From NCBI GenBank assembly GCA_045837725.1, contig JBEWZL010000302.1, forward strand, positions 186,001-250,000: a stretch of 64,000 nt of DNA. The letters are read 5' to 3'. The position numbers and the translations under genes were made by a program. The notes under the pieces are model-generated. The model made no database searches, was not told the DNA's origin, and saw only the letters and a list, made by a program, of their open reading frames with translations. Below, one piece after another: positions 25,977 through 40,363 of the stretch (within the stretch, counting starts at the first letter, position 1; each line of letters starts with the position of its first letter). The stretch is from Vermamoeba vermiformis. Its lineage: Eukaryota.

Positions 25977-27439
25977 CTAGTTATAATACGTGCCCGAGCC
26001 TGCATTATAATTCACGGAGTCGTTAGTGAAAATAGGCTGAGTCTCACTGCTATCGCCAGAGTACGAGGACCGTCGACAAGACAACTTCCAACGCGTTAAA
26101 TTGTCAAAAGTGAACCCAAAGCACACAAAATCTATCATACCAACCTCGGATAACGCTGTATTTAAACATTTGTTAGCGAGTAGGAGTGGATCTAGATCGC
26201 GACTAGCGTACCGATTATATGTCCCAATAAAAGCCAGTAGTTAACCTCGCCGGTGATTAAGGTATACATGCGGTCTGCGAGCATGATTGACCAAACAATA
26301 AGGAACAAAATAATGCTCAAGATGTGTCGGTACAAGTACTCGTATGTCTTGCCTGTCAAACTCGCCATCAAGCTCACCTATCGATTGAGCGTTAGTACGG
26401 GGCATTGCTAGAGTATTCAGTGCCCTCACTCTTCTAATTTTAAATACGACGTGAAGCCAGAAGTATGCTGTGGCGATACCGAGTACTCCCATTATAGCGT
26501 AGAAAAACGACAATTCCCAGAGGCCAGAATCACTCTGCGATATCCAACACCTTCGTTTTTATAATTTGAGCATTGCCCATAACAGATTTATGATATATTT
26601 AATACGTACCATACGAGCCTGTCTTCAAATTTGTGAAAAATTAGTGGCACGATGGTCTGGATTGCAGGCACTCCCCAACACAGCGCGTGCAATACTTTCT
26701 CGAGTGTAGGCTGCAGATGATCCTTCTTGTGAACTACTATGAGACTATAGTAATTCGCCATTAATAATCTGTTGTAAAACTTTCGTACACATTGTAGAAC
26801 GTACTACAGATCCAACGCTATCGCGAAGAACCACCACGTAACTACACTACCAAAATACTGAATCGCAACACCTATAAAATTTCGTCAGATCCCGGCCCAG
26901 CATATTTAAGCCATTGTATCGTACCTTGCGCGGTGCAGGCGGTACTATTTTTATCAAGATTTTCAAGGCCAAAAATAGGTCCGAACATAATTGCAATATG
27001 AAGACAGAACGAAGCCACTGAGAACCACAAAGCCTACAAATTAATTAGTATGACCATTTGTACGAGACACGCTCGCAGAAATTTCAGTAGACGTGCTGCT
27101 AATCTGCTAAAGGAGTGTATGAATTTAATTTGATCTAACTTGCCAATAAACAATACATGCATGATAAAAAGAATGTGTAAGAGCCTTGTGGTAATTTTAA
27201 AAAAACATTAACGCGTCAAACAATCAATAAAAAGAGATTGACTTACCATTGATTGAGGAAAGCGCCGCTTGAAGCGGATATATGTAACAATGACGAAAAA
27301 ACTTGCTATCAAAGACGCTACGTTGAGCGTCTTCATCACCTAAGCAAGAGTAGCACATCCGTAAGTAAATCTGCATCAATTGCATGCGTCTGCTTCATAC
27401 CAATACTAGGACCTCAGCTCGTGCTTCTGCAAACGACAT
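25977..27439 (-). CDS. 7TM GPCR, cAMP-receptor-like / Frizzled-Smoothened-like lacking a CRD (multi-exon)
   Basis: Short N-terminus; FFVIVTYIRFKRRFP, ACTAQGVAIQYF..WWFFAIALDL, LHALCWGVP, WCWI, seven hydrophobic segments. Confidence 0.75.
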
Positions 27440-27663
27440 TACGGTCAAGCATGAGTTGTGTTGCTCCCTAAGGTTGTGGCAATGAAAAGTTAAGTTTGAT
27501 AAAAAATTCCTTCCTGCGAAATTTCCTTTGGCATAATAAAATTGATAAAACAGCCGTTGTATTTTTTCGCTTGATTTTTCTGTTTTTTGCCGATTTCGTG
27601 CGTATATAACACCAGGGTCACTCAATCAGTGTTATATTTATTATACAGTAACATAAATCAACC

Positions 27664-30600
27664 ATGGCTGACCAAGTTTTTGCTGCTGCTTTGGCTAGTG
27701 CCAAAGAAAATTTACCCAAGATTGCAGACGGGCTCGATCCCGAGAAGTACGGCATCGTTCTCTCCGTTTCTGGTCCTGGTAAGCATACTCTTATTATTTA
27801 TATAATTTTATTGAGCGATTAGTGTATTTTATGACGATGTTAATCGCCTTTTTTCAATAATTAGTCGTTATTGCCGAAAGAATGTCAGGAGCTGCTATGT
27901 ATGAGTTGGTAGGTCAAAATAGTGCTTATTCTATGTTATAAAAATTATTTGTGAACTAATGGCGCGTTAATCAAGGTCCGCGTCGGTTTTTCTGAACTCG
28001 TGGGTGAAATCATTAGATTGGAAGGAGACACTGCCACTATTCAAACTTACGAAGAAACCTGTAAGTGCTATTCAATATTTAATTATCCGCACTATTGGAG
28101 ACAGTAGCTGGACAATACATGGAATTTTCTATTTAAAAATCCACTATTACCCTCATCCAGCCGTTTTTAACCGTGTTCTTCTATCTAGCTGGCTTGCGTG
28201 TCGGTGATCCCGTGTTGAGAACTGGTAGCCCTCTTTCTGTTGAATTGGGTCCCGGTAAGTTTCTACGAGATATTTCACCCGATGCATCGAGACAACACTC
28301 GCACTTTATTTGTGGCCGAGAATGACGACGCAGCAAATTAATAATCACAGGAAAACAACACAAAATATTGTTAGAATAATTCAGCAATTATACGAGTGTT
28401 ATTGCAAAATGGCATTTTTTCCGGATGATCGGATTTAGACCCGCGTTGGAGGCTCAGAGGAAATCTAATATTTATTATGAATTATAGGTATTTTGGACAA
28501 CATTTTTGACGGTATTCAACGTCCTTTGCAAGCTATCAAGGAAGCCTCCAACGGCAGCATCTACATCCCTAAGGGTATCCGTACTGAAGCTTTGGATAAG
28601 ACTAAATTGTGGGCCTTCGAACCCTCCGCTAACGTTAAGGTACATTTTGGTTATTATATCATAATTCAAAGCGTGAGAGCAAAATGGAAATGGCAGTTGG
28701 AGTGATCGCAGTAGATTCAATAATTTTTCATTGATTTAAATCATGCCAAATGCGAAGATATCAAATATACCGATAACACAATAATTTTAGCGATAATACG
28801 CTAATTATTGATTTATTTGATGCTAATTATTTTTTTGTCGCATCTAGGTCGGAGATCACGTTTCTGGTGGTGACATCGTCGGTACTGTTCGTGAAAACGA
28901 TTTGGTGACCCACAGAATTATGCTTCCTCCTAAGGCTATGGGTGTTCTCCGATGGGTTGCTCCTGCTGGCAAATACACCGTCAAGGACACTGTTGCCAAG
29001 GTTGAATTCAACGGCGTTACCAACGAATACCCTATGATGCAAATTTGGCCCGTGCGTTCTCCTCGCCCCGTCATCGAGAAGTTGGCTGCTGACTACCCCT
29101 TGTTGACTGGTCAACGTGTGCTCGACGCTTTGTTCCCGTAAGTACTTTTGAATTTACCTACTTACCTATCCTAAAATTGAAATAATAACAATGAGAGATA
29201 TGCTACTATTTGAATTGACGCTAAATGAGACGTTTTTAAGACGGATCTGATTTTTACTTCTGCGACGTCTGGTTTTATCAATCATGTCGTATTTATGCTT
29301 CGATTGAATCAAGCAAATTGTTAAATTGGCTAAAAAAGCCGTACGACACTTTTTATACTGTAACGGCTAGTTAGATCGTGATCTGAACACTCACTAATTC
29401 TTTTCCTTAGTATGATTCAAGGTGGTACCTGCGCCATTCCCGGAGCCTTCGGTTGCGGCAAAACTGTCATTTCTCAATCTTTGTCCAAGTACTCCAACTC
29501 CGACGTCATCGTTTACGTCGGATGCGGTGAGCGTGGTAACGAAATGGCTGAAGTACTGATGGAGTTCCCTGAGTTGTCCGTCGAAATCGGTGGCAAGAAA
29601 CAATCAATTATGCAACGTACTACATTGGTCGCCAACACTTCTAACATGCCTGTCGCTGCTCGTGAAGCCTCTATTTACACTGGTATCACTTTGGCCGAAT
29701 ACTTCCGTGACCAAGGTTTCAACGTGTCTATGATGGCTGACTCTACTTCCCGCTGGGCCGAAGCCTTGAGAGAAATTTCCGGTCGTTTGGCTGAAATGCC
29801 TGCTGACTCTGGTTATCCCGCTTACTTGGCTCCTCGTTTGGCCTCTTTCTACGAACGTGCTGGTAAGGTCAAGTGCATCGGTTCACCTGACCGTACTGGT
29901 TCTATTTCCATCGTCGGTGCCGTCTCTCCTCCTGGTGGTGACTTTGCCGAGCCTGTCACATCTGCCACTCTTGGTATCGTCCAAGTAAGTATCCTTCGAG
30001 GAACGAGATCTGCCATCGTTCGATCCACTTTTGACAAGTATTAACATCGTGTTTGTAGGTTTTCTGGCGTTTGGAAAAGAGACTTGCCCAACGTAAACAT
30101 TTCCCTGCCATTAACTGGTTGTACAGCTACAGCAGATACTTGAAGGTAAGTCGCATTGAACAGATCGAGATCCGGTCACAATTTCCTTTATTATTGAATA
30201 ATTTTCGAGGTGATGATTATAAAGTCAGTCCTGCAACAGAAATCTGTGACGAGATGTCCTATGGACGGTTCTGATTCGAAAATTATTCAATTACAATTAT
30301 CGCGATCCGTTTTACGTTACCTCTTGGATTACGATCTAACGTTTATTATATACTAGTCTTTGGACCCCTGGTACGAGGACTTTGACCCTGAATTCGTCGG
30401 CTTGCGAACCAAGTGCAAGGAAATTCTTCAAATGGAAGAAGATCTTACTGAAATCGTGCAGCTCGTCGGTAAAGTAAGTAGCGACGCACTTATCAACATT
30501 CATAGGACTTTATATTAATATTATGACCTCCTATAGGACTCTTTGGCCGAATCCGACAAGGTTACCCTTGAAGTTGCCCGTTTGGTTCGTGACGACTACT

Positions 30601-30893
30601 TGCAACAAAACGGTTTTGCCCCGTACGACAGATACTGCCCCTTCTACAAGTCAGTCTGGATGATGAGAAACTTCATCACTTACTACAACTTGGCTCAACA
30701 AGCTTTGGAAAGCTCATCGGCTGACAACAAGATCACTTGGAACGTGATCCGACAACACACTCAAGACGTCCGTACCAAGTTGTCCTCCATGAAGTTCCAA
30801 GACCCTGCTGATGGTCAAGAGAAGGTTGTTGCTTACTACAAGGCCTTCCAAGAGGAGATCCAAAACTCTTTCAGAACTTTGAACGAGCAGTAA
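27664..30893 (+). CDS. ATP6V1A: V-type H+-ATPase catalytic subunit A (multi-exon, no intein)
   Basis: [63 protein letters not shown]; strong codon bias. Confidence 0.98.
30194..30290 (+). ncRNA. Intronic box C/D snoRNA within a V-ATPase A intron
   Basis: Box C GTGATGA 30210-30216, putative D' CAGA 30237, C' GTGACGA 30246, box D CTGA 30271-30274, enclosed by perfect inverted repeat TTGAATAATTTTCGA / TCGAAAATTATTCAA. Confidence 0.85.
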
Positions 30894-31117
30894 GCGTCTC
30901 ATGATCCGCGTGTCATTTTTGACCGATCTAAGCCTATTTAATCTCGAATAATATTTTGGATGATCTTTTTGTAAAAACAAATAAAACTATTTATAAAACG
31001 GGACTTGGCGCGCACAACGAATCCAGAGAAAAAATCAAGAAGTGGGTTCCCTCCAACGTTGGCCTCGAACCAAAAATTCAGTCATTAATTTACCACCAGC
31101 TAAGCAACAACAGCCTC

Positions 31118-31878
31118 ATGAGCAAGAAAGCACCAAAAGCAGCGGTTCCACCAACCGAAATACTTCCCCACCTGTGGATCGGTTCCAATCGCAACGTGAA
31201 GGACAGGGAATTGATGAAGGAGAACGGAATTACCTATATCCTGAACGTTGCACATGAGCTCGACAGTGAGCCAGGTAAGTGGCTGTCATGACATCTCACG
31301 CCAGATTTGCTTTCTTTCCAACACCAAATAATTTTCTGAGCCATAAATTAAATTAATAATTTATTTAAGAGCAAGAATTGGAGAACCATCGCTACATGAA
31401 AGTTATTGTTAATGAGATCGACATTCTGAGCGGCAAAAATCAGTTTGGCAATCTCAACGCAATGTTCGCGTTCATTGGTATGAAGTATCGGTATTACTGT
31501 ATTATAACGCGAACTAATTGCTATGGATAGACGAGGCACGCACCAACAATACCAAGTGCATTGTTCATTGCCTGCATGGCAGAAGTCGCTCTGCGTTCGT
31601 CGTTATAGCGTAAGTTGTTGGCTTCATTTTGTTAAGAATATCTGTAGGTGTCGGCTACAGCATTGCTAACCATTTTAAACGAAGGTATGTGATGCGCGAG
31701 AACAGATGGCCCTTGGACAAGACGTATGCTTTCGTCAAAGGCAAACGCTCGATCGTGACTCCGCACTCAAAGAGAACTCTTCAAAACTTTGAGGAGAGCT
31801 TGGGAGTAAGTTCATTAAGTAATAGACGATGCCTACTTGAATATTAATAGGTTACTTTCAAAGTTGAACCAGAACTGA
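31118..31878 (+). CDS. Atypical dual-specificity protein phosphatase (multi-exon)
   Basis: PTEILPHLWIGS, GITYILNVA, VHCLHGRSRSAFVVIAY (CX5R); last exon boundary approximate. Confidence 0.85.
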
Positions 31879-32110
31879 GTTGGTTTCACTCGCCGTAAGG
31901 GAGCTCTCTCCATGCGAGGACCCTAAGATCACAAATCATACCAAGTGATATGATGGCAATATATCAGTGCTGCATATATGAAAGATACTTGAGGCATAAC
32001 TGGATAGTGCCTTAAACTCAAACGAGATGAGGCCAGTAAGTGTCGTACATTTGTACGTATTTACCGTTTATAAAAATCTGGCTAAACACTTAAATTAAGG
32101 AATATTTTAT

Positions 32111-32698
32111 TTAATTCATAACACAAATGCTTTGAATATTGCTGTAACATACGTTCAAAAATACGTCAGCAGCACCAGTTTTAAAACTGCAGTTGGGATC
32201 CGAGTACACATTGACGGTAGCATCCGATGAAGTGCAGGCCTCGATTTTGATGTAATTGTTGCTGTTAGTAACACAACCTCCATAAGAAAAGACGTCGGCT
32301 TCGTAAGGTTGGCCAGAGCAAGTTCCGCTCAAATATTTGTTTTGTACCAAATAACCCGGAGTTCCGGCTACTTTGGCGTAATCGACGTTCTTAGGGAAGC
32401 AAAGGTACATGAAGTCGTCGGCGTTGCATACTCCGTTATTCGTTTGGTACGTGGTCACCTGGTAGCATTGAGTGCACAGCGAATCCTTGCAAGAGTATTT
32501 AACTGCGGTCTTCGCGCCAGCACCACAACTATATTTAAGGTAGCTGCCATCAGTTTGCGGAATACAATTGCCACTAAGCACTCTGCCTTTAAATTGCGTA
32601 GTGTTGGTTGCTGGATCGCAGGGGAGTTCGGCCAACCAGGCGGCGTTGCAAACGGTGGCTACAGCCAGTGCGACAAAAATAACGCGGATGTTAATCAT
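32111..32698 (-). CDS. Secreted Cys-rich protein, intronless
   Basis: Signal peptide plus regularly spaced Cys, 195 aa. Confidence 0.75.
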   Translation of the reverse strand: MINIRVIFVALAVATVCNAAWLAELPCDPATNTTQFKGRVLSGNCIPQTDGSYLKYSCGAGAKTAVKYSCKDSLCTQCYQVTTYQTNNGVCNADDFMYLCFPKNVDYAKVAGTPGYLVQNKYLSGTCSGQPYEADVFSYGGCVTNSNNYIKIEACTSSDATVNVYSDPNCSFKTGAADVFLNVCYSNIQSICVMN

Positions 32699-33114
32699 AT
32701 TCGTTGAGGTTGAATAATGACAAAAATAAATTGTAACGAGAGAAACGGCAGCGCGAGTACAACCAGAAAAAAATCAGATTTCGACAATTCCCTCTAACAT
32801 TCTGCTCTAATTAAGGAAGTGTCGCGCAATAATGTAACGTTCGGCTGAAAAGTCGAATGCCAGCTAGCTGCTTACAGAACTAATTTGGTAATTAGGTAAT
32901 TCAGGACGAGTACATCCGCTATCTTTGGACGTTAACGAACAGAAAATCCAATGGATGGTTTACAGCCATCTCGAAGGATTATTTTGTTTCCTCGATAATT
33001 AGTTGTCAGGGATTTGATCTGCAGTGTATGTAATTATTAAACCATTGTTCCGGAAACAAAATGATAGCGGATTCGTTTACTTGTACCGGTCTCGCGGAAC
33101 AGAAGCACGTCTTA

Positions 33115-34718
33115 CCAAATCAAGAGCGATATGATGAGCACTCCTAGTAGCCACGCCTGATCCAAACCTTCTCAAGCCCCGGTATTGATTGCAAACACAT
33201 CGAAACTCTTTAAGTACCAATCTTCATCATTTATTTTTGTTTAATTGACTATTAAAAGAAAAGGATAATTGTGGCTAATGCAAATGTTGGTGTTACTAAA
33301 CCAGTGCTTGAAATGAGCTGTCCGCGATCAACGGGAGGTCTTGTGCTCATCGGACGGCTACTACTCGGAGTTGGTGGTGCAACAGGAGGGTTGACTAGTA
33401 GATGCCGTTAATAATCAAATAGATCCTTAAGTTCAATCCAGTACGCACCACAGTGACCTGATTGACACGTCAAACTAGCACAGTCGCTGTCACTCGAGCA
33501 ACGATCGCCGATGTCACAACCATTGCACGAGCCACCACAATCAGTGCCAGTCTCGTTCTGATTCTTAATCCCGTCGCTGCACCTCGCTAAAGCTAAGTGT
33601 AGTATAGTGTCAGACACCGACAATGTTTGCGCTTGACACGTGTCAATTTGTGACACTTACCACAAACACCTTGTGTGCAATGAAGACTGACACAGTCACT
33701 GCTCGTAGTACATGTCGCATGACCGGCGCATGGACCACAAGGGCCACCACATTCAAACATCAGTCTCGTATTGGTTCTTGGTGCCGTCAGTGCACGTCGG
33801 TGCAACTAAGGCGAATTAGAAAGCGTAGTTAACGGGACTCAGAACGTACCACAAATAGACTCCACACAGTGAAGACTAGTGCAATCTTGATTTACTGAGC
33901 ACCGTTGGTCATCAGAACACGGTGCACAAACGCTGCCGCAATCAGTGTGAGTCTCGTTCTGATTTTAATGCCATCGAAGCAAGTAGCAGCGACTGAAGCG
34001 ACATTAGAATTTGACTGGTGACAATCGAAGTACTTACTGCACGTGGAGTTGGTGCAATGAAGACTGCTGCAATCGTTGTTGTCGTTGCATGAAGCATTAT
34101 CAGCGCATCGTTGACACGTGTCACCGCAAACAATCGGTATCGCTTTCATCCTGATTCTTGATGCCGTCATGGCAAGTAGGTGCAGCTGAGCGAATCTAGA
34201 AACGCATAGAATCAGTGAAGACTCGAACAGTCGTTGTTCACAGAGCACGAACTGCCGTCAGAGCAGCTATCGCACGAGCCACCGCCGCAGTCAACATCAG
34301 TCTCGTTACCGTTTTGCGACATCCATTGAGATCCCGTAAATTGGGTAAGAAAAAAGATTTGTCGAGTTCGGGCCCGTGAAGAAGAACGACCACCTAGTCC
34401 GCCGTCAGTATTGTAGTTTAACTCTTATGACATCATACCCATCAGCTCCTCCATCGGTATAATAATAGCAACTGCCTGAAGAGTAGCTAATGCGTATTGT
34501 AAAAGAAGTACCAAGATCTTGCGCAGTGTTGTAGATCACGCGACCCCCTTGTCCTTCTTGCGGGCCTGATAGCGATATATAACTGCCTGCATATACACCC
34601 ACAGTCCCTTGTGCAGCATAGCTATTTGTTATAGGTGACTCGCTTACAGTTGCGAGTTCCACGAGGACCAAACTAGCTATGAAGAGGGTTGTTAACAAAT
34701 TAAACAGCGTTGTTGCAT
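33115..34718 (-). pseudogene. Surface protein with an L-type-lectin-like N-terminal segment and tandem C.DGIKNQ.ETD.DCGG.C..C repeats; multiple frameshifts
   Basis: Signal peptide, GADG motif, about 5 exon-encoded Cys repeats; at least 4 small indels break the frame; 3' end approximate. Confidence 0.6.
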
Positions 34719-35216
34719 TGTTTCAAAACGCAATAAAATACGCAACGAGGTAACCTTGGTACAACCTCACCAAAAGGATATTGTTCTTATTGGTAGCTGT
34801 TCACTCGAACCTAGCGGCCAAGTGCATTCAATCATTGCGGTTCATTAAATCGTTCACAAGTCGATCCGTTTCAGCTGCCCTACAATCAGTTGGCTGAACT
34901 GGTTGCTTAAGAACATCTCCTATATAAAGATTCTCTTTCGATGGACTATTTTCAAAGCACGTGCAAACATCAAGCACCAGATCTTGGAATCGCAACATCG
35001 AAATTGGGTTGAATAGTTATTCTACGTTCAAGATCATGATTGTAATGTCCTACGGTTATTACCAGCTCTCACAAGTGCTCGGGGTTGGAAGTTGACGAAA
35101 TTTCCGCCGTTCACTGGCCGAAGAATTTACGGCGCAAATTTGATCCCACTAATTCAACGAGCAGAAGTGAAGGATGACCACATGTATATATCAACACTAA
35201 GGCAATTATAACTACA

Positions 35217-38200
35217 ATGTATGCAGAACACTATTTATGCAACGGTGAAGGTTCTGCAGATGAGGCTGAAGATGCGCGAACTCCCTTGGATATTTTTCAA
35301 GCCCTCATCATGGGGCGGAAGAAACGAGTAGAACAATTATTAGACAATTCAACAAATGAAATTATATTACACTTAAAAGCACGAGACGAGCTCGGAAGGT
35401 AAATATAAAACATCTGACATATTTTTCATTATTCCATAAATTAAAAAAAATTGGTTCGTATAAGCAATATCAATAACATACGATACAATGACGAATTTAT
35501 TCGAGCATTTCTATCAAATAGAATATTTTATTTGTTGGTGTCCAGATTTGTCAAGCGTAATTTCAATTAAAATGTTATTATTTGCGTTTCTTGATGCCAA
35601 TAATAATGTTATTGTCGTTTTATAATGACAATTTATTTTAAAGTCGAATTCTAATTCGTTACAGTTACAAAGAGTTTAAGATCTTTCGTCTAACTGCTCT
35701 GGGACATTTATCGACCTTGTCCTTAGCTTAAATATACTATCTATAACATATATAGCATATATTTCGTACAAAGACCGTTTTGTATTCGGATATAATACCA
35801 GAAAGATTTCCGTGTGCTTGACAACTTTACTATGCCAAGGAACAATTCTCTATTACTATAAGACCACTTTAATAACGATAAATAGCTTATGCGAGCCAAG
35901 TTTGCTACACTTGCGGATTAAATACCTCTCCGCTCGTTTTAGCTTCAATTTTGTACGGGGTTGGATCTCGCGTGTAGCACGAGGTTCAAGACTTGTTTTC
36001 TAGCTTATATTACTGATTCAAACATCTCATGTTGCGGATAAACATAGATCTCACCGGACTTGTTTTAACTATAGGACGCCGTTGTTCTTAGCGTGTCAAT
36101 ATGGCTCCGTGAAGTTGGTCGAAAAGATCATCGCGACAGGTGCCGCGAAGATCGATCAAACCGATCAGGATAACTGGTCTCCCCTTTTTATCGCTTGTTT
36201 ACGTGGCCATACCAAAGTGGTCGAGAAGTTATTAGAAGTAGGAGCAGATCCAGAAATACGCGAGAACCGGAACGGATGGACTCCATTCTTAGCTGCTTGC
36301 TTTGCGGGACACGTGGATATTGCGCGGATGTTAATAGCTCATGCTGCCAAAATAGGTTCGTAGTTGTCGGTTAGCACAAACGTTGCGCTTGTTTGAATTT
36401 AAATTCAGATCTTGTATTCGTCTTTTCTTCTCGTGTGTCTCGAAGGCGGATGGAAAAAAGATTTTGGATGTTAATTTCATTCTAACATCTATTTTTAGGC
36501 GTTGTAGATAACGAAAAACGAAGTGCTTTATTCTTGGCAGTATTACAAAACCATGTAGTTATAATTGATCTCTTATTGGCTTTGAAGGACAAATTGGATG
36601 TGAATGCCGCAGATGTTCACGGTAAGTCTAATTATCATTGATCCTATTCAATAATTTTATATTCCGATACGACTCGCCGTAATATTACTGAACCATTAAA
36701 ATATGGTGGCGGTCGATCGACAATTCCGACGCGTAGATCGAGAAATTAAACAAAAGATATTGCCTTGATTGGATGCGCAATTACCTATTTTACTCATTGC
36801 ATCCAATACTTATGAAATCGATTTGTTTCTGTATTTTTGTGCATCCGTTACTTCTGGATCATATTCCAAAGCGTCAAGCTTCGTCCTATTATTAATTTTA
36901 TGGCGCTGTGTTGCTCACTCGGGTTACTAAATCTATTAAATGCGGACAAATTTGAATAATTGCCAATAACTTTACGCGTTTGGCAGAACGAGTTTGTGTT
37001 TCGGAACGGGATCTGACTTCGTACTAAACCACTCGCTAAACAGCCAATACGACGATATACCACTTTATATTATATTTAAAACTATAGGAGACCTTCCGCA
37101 TTTTTGTATTCTGTGCCAAACATACACAGTCGCAATTTTCTAAATATAGTAAACCGGTTTGATATTTATGTGTTTGAATTTATTACCCACGTATGCAGCG
37201 AACGTTCCATATTCGATTGCCCGACTTTTGCGTGCAAATTTTATGTTTAATATCGCTTTGGAGTATTATCTCCGATTGATCTGCCGTCAGATCCGAAATT
37301 TTTATTTCTTTGTACTAATAGTTTTATTAACTAGACCGAACGCCCTTCTATTTGGCCGTGCAAAACAACAACATCCCTGTGGTGGAGAAACTTTTGCAAG
37401 CCGGATGTGACATAAATCACCCTGACAAGGACGGACGATCGCCAATTGTATTCGCGTACAAGTGCGGTAAGTCTTTTATGGTTTTATATGGCATATATAT
37501 ACATCCATTAAGCGTATCATCTGTTGGAATTTCCTCAGCCTGAGATGGTTGGTCTAAATTAAGTGCTTTTGAATCAAAATTATTCGTTCTCTTGTGGGAT
37601 CGCGCGAGTCGAGTGACTTGAGCAAGTCCTAAACTTGACACTATGATAAGCACAATAGTTGTGAATATAAACGTGTTCATCCGCAGATGATAATGCATCC
37701 AATTACACAACCGTTCCACGTTATGGAAATTTTAATAATTTATTAACGTTCGTACAATTGTAGGTGATAAGAATATTGTGGATTATCTGATAGCCAAGGG
37801 TGCAAACACAGTCGCCTTGGAAAGCATTGCTGCACAAGAGGCAATGCGGACTATTAATGACTCACCGCCGTGCGAGGGCATTTTCCAGACTACCATGACA
37901 CCCGAGCCGCAGGTACGTGTTGACGCTTCAATAGCGGATTTATATATGATTGTTTAAGTGACATTTATATCGTATACTTTTTGTCTTGGCACTGTCGTTA
38001 TACTTATATGGTACCCGATCCGTATTGTTAATTACGACTAGTGTGCGATAACATTGAATATCAGTTGGGTGCACGCTTTACAAATTTAATGTTGCACGTG
38101 CAACACTCCGGCATTAAACCCGAACTTTCTAACGTTGTTGCATATCAAAACTAATGATATTAATGTATTATAGACCAAAGTCATGGTGTTCACGCGAGAA

Positions 38201-40363
38201 GGCGATAATCGATTATGGTGCGGTTGTTCTGACGGATCTATTCTGGTGTTTGATCTCAATGTACGTATAATAATCGATCCGAAATTAGCCATTGTTATAT
38301 TATGAAACTTCCAATTGGCATTTTCAATGTTTTGTGTGGCGCGAAATTTGGTGCGATAAAATTTAATTGCCACAAAGCTAGAAGTCAAATATAGAAACTT
38401 CTATGCTTGATCACGTGATCGGATCGCTAATCCCATTTTTTTAAACAGACCAACGCTATGATATTGTACGCTGATAAGATTCAAAAGAGAACCATTCACG
38501 ATTTGATATTAGTCGGGGATCACGTTTGGTCACTGAGCGGGAACAGAGAAGTCTATATTTGGAAGTGGAATCCAGACGCTATACAGAAGAACGTACACGA
38601 CGTAAGTTTCAATTATAATACGGTGCCTTAACTCGCGGCCAAGCTCGCGGCATAGGGATCTCGGTCATTGCCCTCGTACTGGCGTTTTTACTGATGATTT
38701 TATTATGTAGCCCTCGCCTCTGACGCTCATAGATAAGATTCAACAACAAGAAATAAATTGTATAATAAGAGTTGGTGATGAAATCTATGGAGGATCATGC
38801 AACAACACCGTGTTCGTGTGGAACTCGAAGGTACGTTCAGTTAGTCAGCAAAACTTTTCACTTTCAATACTAAATTTAAATACTATTGCTCTATTGACAA
38901 TACAAATTCTATAACATGCTTATTGCCAATAATGCCATCCGTGCAAAAACGATTTTAGATCTTGCGCGGATGGATTAATTTCGTTTCGTTGCTTTTTATA
39001 CTATGATTGCTATCGTTTCTAATATCGTTGATTGAAATATAGGCTATTATCAATAAGGAAGTCAAAGTATTCATTCCATCACACATCCAGCTACCCGATT
39101 TTGAGAAGTTTGTGTCAGCGATCCTATATCACAAAGATCGAATATACGTCGCTATTAAGAAAGTGGTACTGTGCTATGATATGAAGGTACGTCTTCCATA
39201 TTCAATAGGTCGCTAGAGCAACCAGCAGATCGTCGCAAAATGATCGATCCTCAGCAAACAAAAAATTCTTCTTTTTCATCGGACTACTTGGACAAGTTTA
39301 TCATTATTAATTACCATATGCAATATGCCATTTAGATCGCGTTAAACCGGTGTTTTTGAAATTTGCCTTAAATGGCTTTGGTAACTTTTGTGTTTTTGAT
39401 TTTTAAAAATCTCCGCAATTCCTTCGGATGATCTCCAATTTACTAACCAACCTTGAATTATACAGACATTTGATTATAAGGGATGCTTAGAAGGGCATAA
39501 CAACGTCATATCAAAGATGGTTGCCTTCGACGATTTTCTTCTGTCTTGTTCTCGTGACGGCTCCATCCGTGTGTGGAATGTACAGGTATGATTCTCATTC
39601 TTAATTTTATCTTAAAGATCGCGATCTTAGCATTTCTATCAATCTTAAATTCACTGAAGCCTTTCCTTGTGGTACCAAATCGCAATTTATGGTTCGAATT
39701 TTCGCGCAACGGACCGATTAATTCGCCACAACGAATTTCGCATTTAATGGCGTCGAATATAATGCAAATCTGCTTACTTAAAGTCTAAACACGCGATCTT
39801 TGCAATATAATGAATCTTCGGGCAAAAGGGTGACAGCGCTCGATCCGAAAAGTTTTTTGTCAAATTTTCATTCTCGATCGATCTTTCGCTGTAGTACTTA
39901 TTCGTACGAATATACATATTTATAAATACAGTTAGTAAGGCGATCATCTTAAAATTGCAATGCAACGAACTGTCATGAGCCCGAAATTTTGTTGTTCTGT
40001 TGTAATCGAATTCTAATCTGATTTTAATCTTAAGACGCTCAAATGCGAGAAAGTTAAAGAAAAAGTGCACGGAGGAGAAGTCTTTTGTTTGCTTTTTACT
40101 GGCGGCGACCAACTGCTGTCCGCTGGTTTCGACAAGAACATTCTATGTTGGAACTACAAGGTACGTCACAAGCACTTTACCATCATATAATAGCCGTCGG
40201 CTACAACATATATACAAATACTTACTATTGTCATCAGACATTGGAGCTACAAAAACAGATCACAACATCGCACTCCCGAGAAATTGCCTCGTTATTTTGG
40301 GACACGCAGCGGCATCGATTATGGGTCGGCAGCTTAGACAAAACAATGTCGCTGTGGCAATAA
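35217..40363 (+). CDS. Ankyrin-repeat plus WD40 beta-propeller protein (many exons, long introns)
   Basis: GRTPLFLACQYG, WSPLFIACLRGH, GWTPFLAACFAGH; LEGHN..LLSCSRDGSIRVWN, LWVGSLDKTMSLWQ. Confidence 0.8.

Noticed and set aside
28256-29410. Additional snoRNAs in the other long V-ATPase introns
   Set aside because: No convincing C/D box pair with a terminal stem by eye; H/ACA RNAs cannot be excluded without a covariance search
29412-29480. VMA1-type intein in V-ATPase A
   Set aside because: [17 protein letters not shown] is contiguous, with no insertion
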